Part shown: positions 58,620 to 64,000 of the stretch, piece after piece
Position numbering within the stretch: position 1 is the stretch's first letter
Layout: each line of letters starts with the position of its first letter
From: Raillietiella orientalis
Lineage: Eukaryota
NCBI GenBank assembly: GCA_036172245.1
Contig: JAYWIR010000044.1
Coordinates: forward strand, 372,001-436,000
Length of the DNA: 64,000 bases
Direction: 5' to 3'
Position numbers and translations under genes: made by a program
The notes under the pieces: model-generated
Told to the model about the DNA's origin: nothing
The model's input: the letters and a program-made list of their open reading frames with translations, nothing else
The model's database searches: none

Positions 58620-59440
58620 AGGTGGTAGGCCAAATGGCTGCATGCAAGTGTTAAGGTGGCCGTCCTCTCATGTGTCTAGCGTGGTCTGGTCCATTCCCGC
58701 CAAAACCCCGTCTTCAGCTTCCTTCCCACTGGGAAGAAGCACGGGGACTCCAGTTATGGGATCCTCGGTTTAGTCAACAAGCTCCCAGAAGCATCCCAGC
58801 GTAAGAAATCGTCTTGACAGGATGCTCGACCTTCTTTCAAGGACCACTGAAATGAGGAATGCTGAGTGCCGCTCCCAACTGTGGGTCACGCGGTGGTACG
58901 ATGGCTTCTCTCCGAACCTCTTCGCATGGTCCTGGCTCACACCTGTCAGATTGGAGATGTTGGAGATACCACTCACGTGTTTCCTGCCTCTGTCCAGATT
59001 GACCGCACCGGAAAATGCGCATCGGGGACTCGGCCTTGGGGTGAGCCACCCCAAGGCCTTACCTACGTCCGAGGTGTTTGACTTTTTTTGGGAAGACCTC
59101 GGATGACCCCCAGTGTTCCTAGATACTCTCACCCTTCCTCTTAAGTGGAAGGAGCCGGTTTTTCTGCTGCTGCACTGGGGCCTCTCATGCAACGCCCGAA
59201 TAAATCAGGATCGTGTTTCCATCTGCAGCCCGAAATTGCCAGCATCTTGGGATGGATGCAGAGGATGTCCTAGAGCAAGCAGTGATCCCTTCCCCAGCCG
59301 CCCAAGGGTTTCTTCTATTTATTCTTATTGAATTTTCTTTTTTTTTATTTTCCTTTTTGTTCGATCCCCTCTCCTCTGCTGTCGGGGAGATCCTCGACGT
59401 TGGCGGTCACTCTGCGACAGTCCTACCACACAAATCGGCC
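58620..59440 (+). mobile_element. L1/Tx1 3' fragment
   Basis: LPLKWKEPVFLLLHWGLSCNAR; gtgatcccttcccc + T-rich tract. Confidence 0.7.
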
Positions 59441-60599
59441 TTTGTGCGTTCATCGATTGCATCCCAAGCGTCCGGGTGCAACCGGACCGGTGGGCGGCAC
59501 AATGGCAGCTCTTCCTCTTTGCTTTGAGATCAGTGCTTGGGTCTCTCTCTGTTCGCATGGTAAGCCCGGATGGCAAGAGAGAAAACGAATTTCTCAGCGC
59601 TTCCTCAGGTGCCTTCCACAGAGTGCTTCCAGCGGCATGCAGCACTCCCCAAGGCTCCATCGTTAATGCCCTGCCAATCAAACGATCTCTCAGTGCTCTC
59701 TCCACTTTTCACCATCCTTTTTCCTTCTTTCCACGGTTCCGTTCTTCTATGGGAAGATGGAAGGGGGGCGGGGGAACACATACGAATGTGTATCGAAGGG
59801 CCAAAAAAAAAACCTTCGTCGATTGCTGGGAAGTGTTCTAATCGAAAATCTGACCGTTTTGATTCTGGAGACAATTCTGCGAGACCATCCTCCTTCCTCA
59901 GTAAACTTTGTTGCCATAGGAACGTCATCCGAAGTTTTGAAAGGGAGGAGGAGCTCCGACAGTGCGGCGCAATCCTTTTTTCTTCACGTGGACGATCGCG
60001 CGCCCGGAGTTTTCGTCGGTCGAACGCGTCGTCCCGATCTTGATGCAGGGCCCACCGTCACTGTCGCTATGGATACGGCCCTCACTCGTTGCTCACGCGT
60101 CACCATCTTAGTTCGCTGAAGGAAGCAGCGCCTCCCAAGCGGAGCGGATCCATTTGGGCATTTGCGAGCGTGATCTGAAAAATTCATCTCGAAAGTGGAC
60201 TGGGATCCGGGAAATGTGCGGATCCGCAAGGAACCCCCTGAAATCGCTCCAGCTTGACAACTTTGGCAACAGGAGATCATTTGCACGGGAACTGGGCAGT
60301 CCCCTTTTCATCCACTGGAGTCAGGACAGAAGGCCGATGGGTCGGCATATCGAGTTGGCTGCTCCTGAAAACTTCGGGGTGAGAAGAATTCACCCCTAAG
60401 TTTGCACCACGGCGCGCCTTCGGGCTGCCGAGAGTACGCAGCGCTGGAGGCAGAGAGAAGACTCGGAGAAAACCAAACGATCGCGCCCTGCAGCGAGTCT
60501 CTGCATGGCGCACTCACTTTCCTTTAAAGACTTCTCTTGAGGATGGAAGATAATACCTCATCCAGAAACTCAATCATTTTGCCCTGTTGATTAGGATCC

Positions 60600-63500
60600 T
60601 TGGCGCTACATCTCAACTCATGCTGTACGGATTAGTTGGAGCATTCCTCAGAAGAAAGTTGGGCTTAAATCCTAACAAATAGGTTGGCTCTCCTTCGACG
60701 AAGCTTTGCTTCTGCAAGAGCACATGGGAACGGAAGCGGAGGAGGCTACAAGGGGAGTTCCTGAAAAAGGAAAGCACATCGGGAGTACTATCCCCAGCAC
60801 GACGAACGTGAGGGTCGACGAAATGCCTTCTCGTTGCCTTCGTGCAGGCCAAGCACAATACTGGATGCTGTTGCCGTTCCCACGACGCCGAAGACGGCTT
60901 CCGGAGGGTGGATAATGGATAATCCACAACGGAAGGAATCCTCTCTTCCAATTGGAGTTTCCCTTCTCGCGTGCTGATCTCCGTGCGAGCTTCCTGAGTG
61001 GGCAGTCAAGCCGTGACATCCATCGCTCGATGGAGAACCAGAGCTGTGGAGGCCGCTCCCACACTGCACCCGGCGGGAAGGGAGAACTTTGCCCGAAGTG
61101 AGGAAAAGTCCACTCTCCACCTCCCTGTGAACATCGGTGCTGTTTCCTACGAACCGGAAGGGCGTTAAGGAGCCATCTCTCACCGGGACAGTCCCTGGTG
61201 GGATTCAGATTCCTTAGCCGGCAACTGGGACTCTGAGAGTCGACTACGGTGCATAAAAGCTGGAACTCGGGGCGTGAACCAGGGACCAGAATCATGAGAA
61301 CTGGGACTAAGGACTTGAGGACCTGGACCGTGGTAATCCAATTCCTTCTCGCCGTTATTATTTTCGTTTATTTATTGCTCCCTACTCTTTGCATCCGGTT
61401 TCTCTTCTTTTGGAACAAGTCGTCTGCTCCGTCTGCCCGTGCCTTTCTGATTGCAAAGCCGATGGAGAGGCTGCGGTAGAGAGGGCTGCGCGAAAGATCA
61501 GCACTCGCCCTCGCGCGATGAATGGCGGGAAAAGTCAGGATGGCCATGATTCTCCCAAGAGAGGCATCCAGCGTCACTCTGACCCCACGCTGAGCCCGAT
61601 GATGAGGGAGACTTTTTCTCTCGCGGCTCAGTTTGCTCTGGGTTGTCCACGATGGAGTGCGTCAGACAGCACCCTTCCTTCTCTGCAAAATCCTACCGGG
61701 AACTTCATTCCCTGAGCTGCGCTCATTTGCTGGTGGCACTGCCATCCCTGACTTCTGGACCGTCCATCAAAGGACAAAGCAAAGCTCATGGAGGACAAAA
61801 CAAAGGGAGACGGGACCCTCAAAGATAGGGAGTGCAGGCAAAGAATTAAGGGAGAAGATACTGCCATCTCCTCAACTGTGCTTCCCTTGAGGTTGGATGC
61901 TGCCCAAGATGGCCAGCGGAATGGCCAGAAATAGCTCCGAAAAGATCTGCATTGTTGATAGCAGGTGATCTCAGGTCATCCCCGCGCAGTCGCATCGTTC
62001 CTGCTATCTTTTGCAGCCCAGAACATCCTCGGAGCACGCAAGGAACAGCACCCACGGCACATCATCGACCTGCTCCACCCGATGACTTTTTAAGGCCGTG
62101 TTCATCCAAAGGGTCGCCGCTGGCAGTCGCGCTTCCCCCAGGTGTCTTCGTCTTCGAGCACACAATCGAGGAGGGCACAGAGGCTCCTTCATCTCAAAAT
62201 CTCCTGGAAAAGGAAGGTTGCCATTACCTCGCAGGCGGTCTGATGCCGCATTTCCCCCGCGAGTGGGCAGGCCGAGACTGGCTGAAAAATGCCAAGACAC
62301 TCGGCCTCATCGATCTGCGCGACCTTTTCTAATGGATCCGTTGCTCCAGACACGCGAAATTCGTTCCCTGCACACTGTGGGGAAAAACCCAGCCGTTTGT
62401 CCGATGCGACGAAAGTCCGCAGCGCTCACGGGGTACATGAATCATGCGAACGAACCCTGATCTGCGGCAAAATGCGCCGGAACTTTGACTTTCCATCTTC
62501 CGGAGCATCAGGGGATCGCGTTGGGGATTGCGCTATCCTGCAGCCGCACTGGAAGCACGGGAGCCGACGACAGAAGAGCCAGGAGATACTCGAACGGCTG
62601 CCTCACTGTCGGAGCAGCGGTGGATGCCCGCGCGCCGCAGAAGACTGCCGGCGAAATGGCGGCCGGCAGGTCAAATCTCTCCCCACCGGGCAAGCAGCTG
62701 CGGACGCGCTTCGATCCCCGGGAGCTATCCTTTCCCTCCTGTCCACATGATGCACCTGAGAGAATGGATGGACTTTACCGTCTTGCAGGTTTCGAGTTCC
62801 CTTTCCGTTCCGGCAACCTCTTCGTTTCCGTCCATCGAGCTCCCCTGCTCTACAGAAACCTCGCATATGCATGTGGCTGAGGCGGCAGATGAAGAGGTCG
62901 CGATGAGAAACAAGAGAGCGCCGAACCGAATCTGGAGATTGGATTTGGCATTCTGGGAGGCGCGGATCTTTTACCCTGGGAGTTCAAGAAGTGGACGTGA
63001 GATGGGGAGCGTAAGGATGCTGGTGAGACACCAAAGCACTGCATTCCTGTAGCATCAGGAAGTAGAGGGATGAGAAATATACAACACATAGAGTCTCCTT
63101 ACCTGGAAAAGGGAGACGATTTGGAACCCAAGCACCAGGAAACAACATGTGCAGCAGCGGCGTCTGCAATTATTATAACAGTCATCCAGTGACTGCTGCA
63201 TAGACATGTAAGGATCCATTCTTGAGCGTGTTTCGAGCAATAGTCAGTTCAGGAAGCAAGTTCCAGGCAACGACTCGTCCCATCCCATCCCTACAAGTAC
63301 ACGGCCTGAGATCACCGGGCATTCTAGCAAACCGTGTCTTTGCCAACGTCGGCGGCCGCTTTTCCTGCGAGTCTGCTTGTTGTCTTCCACGCCCAATCTG
63401 CCCAAGTTGATTTAGCGTTTGAGTCAGCTACCTGCTTCTTCCTAAGCCAGGAGGATTGACCTCCAAAACACGGTAGCAGAAGAGCAAAAAAAATCCCTAA

Positions 63501-64000
63501 TGATGGAATTTGTTCCCTGCCAAACATCTGAGTGATCTCTCAAATGATTCCGTCCATATTACGCAGCTCATCCGAGAGTGGACTCAACTTTGGCTCACAC
63601 TGGTCCTTGCTTTCGGTAAAGCGTTTAGTTCGCTCCCATCGCAAGACGTTCCAGAGAACTTGTAAAGTTCTTCAGTTCATGCCGAGAATTTCCGGAGGTT
63701 TCATAACGGACGACCATCCATCCCATGCTTCTAGTCCAAAGCCTGACATCCACTTGCAGTCCCCTCGGGAATTTTCAACCCCTCAACACTTCCGAACGAG
63801 ATTCCAGAGTTCCGACATTGCATCTCCCTTCTGTACGAGAGATGCAGAGTGCCAATCCGCGCAAAGGAGACTTTGTTTCTTCCGCCTTGCCTCAGGGCCC
63901 AGAGCATCCGTTGGAGCCCAAAGCATTCGTAGGGGCAAGTGACTTCCATCGTGGCCATCTTCCGGCAACCCCAGAGCTTCTGCTGGATACGCTTCACCTC
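60600..64000 (+). mobile_element. L1/Tx1 relic: possible ORF1/APE, linker and RT start, running off the window
   Basis: RIWRLD (WRLN), RPIPSLQVHG, STPNLPKL, QKKSL (KSPG), GNFQPL. The 5' part is weakly supported. Confidence 0.5.
63356..64000 (+). repeat. Direct repeat copy 2 (identical to 47384-48028, continues to the window edge)
   Basis: Offset 15,972 bp. Confidence 0.95.

Noticed and set aside
60277..60513. VDEKGTAQFPCK as an additional Ig/Dpr exon
   Set aside because: Ends in a stop with no splice donor; the real Ig1 first-half exon is at 25929-26041.
63352..63359. NotI site GCGGCCGC at the duplication boundary as a cloning artefact
   Set aside because: LINE-like coding continuity runs through this site, so it is probably coincidence; no vector sequence seen.
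1..64000. CRISPR arrays, prokaryotic operons, intact transposase/RT ORFs, intact tRNA genes, LTR pairs
   Set aside because: None seen. The DNA is spliced eukaryotic sequence, and every TE coding region carries stops or frameshifts.

Overview
Eukaryotic genomic DNA from an animal, most likely an arthropod or other ecdysozoan (judged from a 28S rDNA fragment and a Dpr-family gene). Almost all ORFs in the supplied track are spurious. Two spliced host genes can be rebuilt by hand. (1) An F-box/LRR gene on + (98-2460) with tiny 45-46 nt introns. (2) A two-Ig-domain Dpr/ZIG-8-like gene on - spanning about 21 kb (exons 38474-38549, 25929-26041, 19621-19825, 17785-18081 and probably 17575-17600); its best model ends without a GPI/TM tail. 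The rest is mostly decayed mobile DNA: many L1/Tx1-type LINE relics, a CR1/L2-type RT relic, four Penelope-like relics and Mutator-like DNA transposon remnants. There are also about 12 copies of a roughly 900-nt SINE that I do not recognise. It has a tRNA-His-like head, about ten related GC-rich hairpins enclosed by a long-range helix, a structured 3' domain and an A tail; it is the best candidate here for an undescribed element. Also present: an isolated 28S rDNA fragment between direct repeats, an exact 645-bp duplication 15,972 bp apart, a perfect 54-bp palindrome and two pre-miRNA-like hairpins. TE boundaries are approximate, and all family calls come from motif recognition by eye, not database searches.
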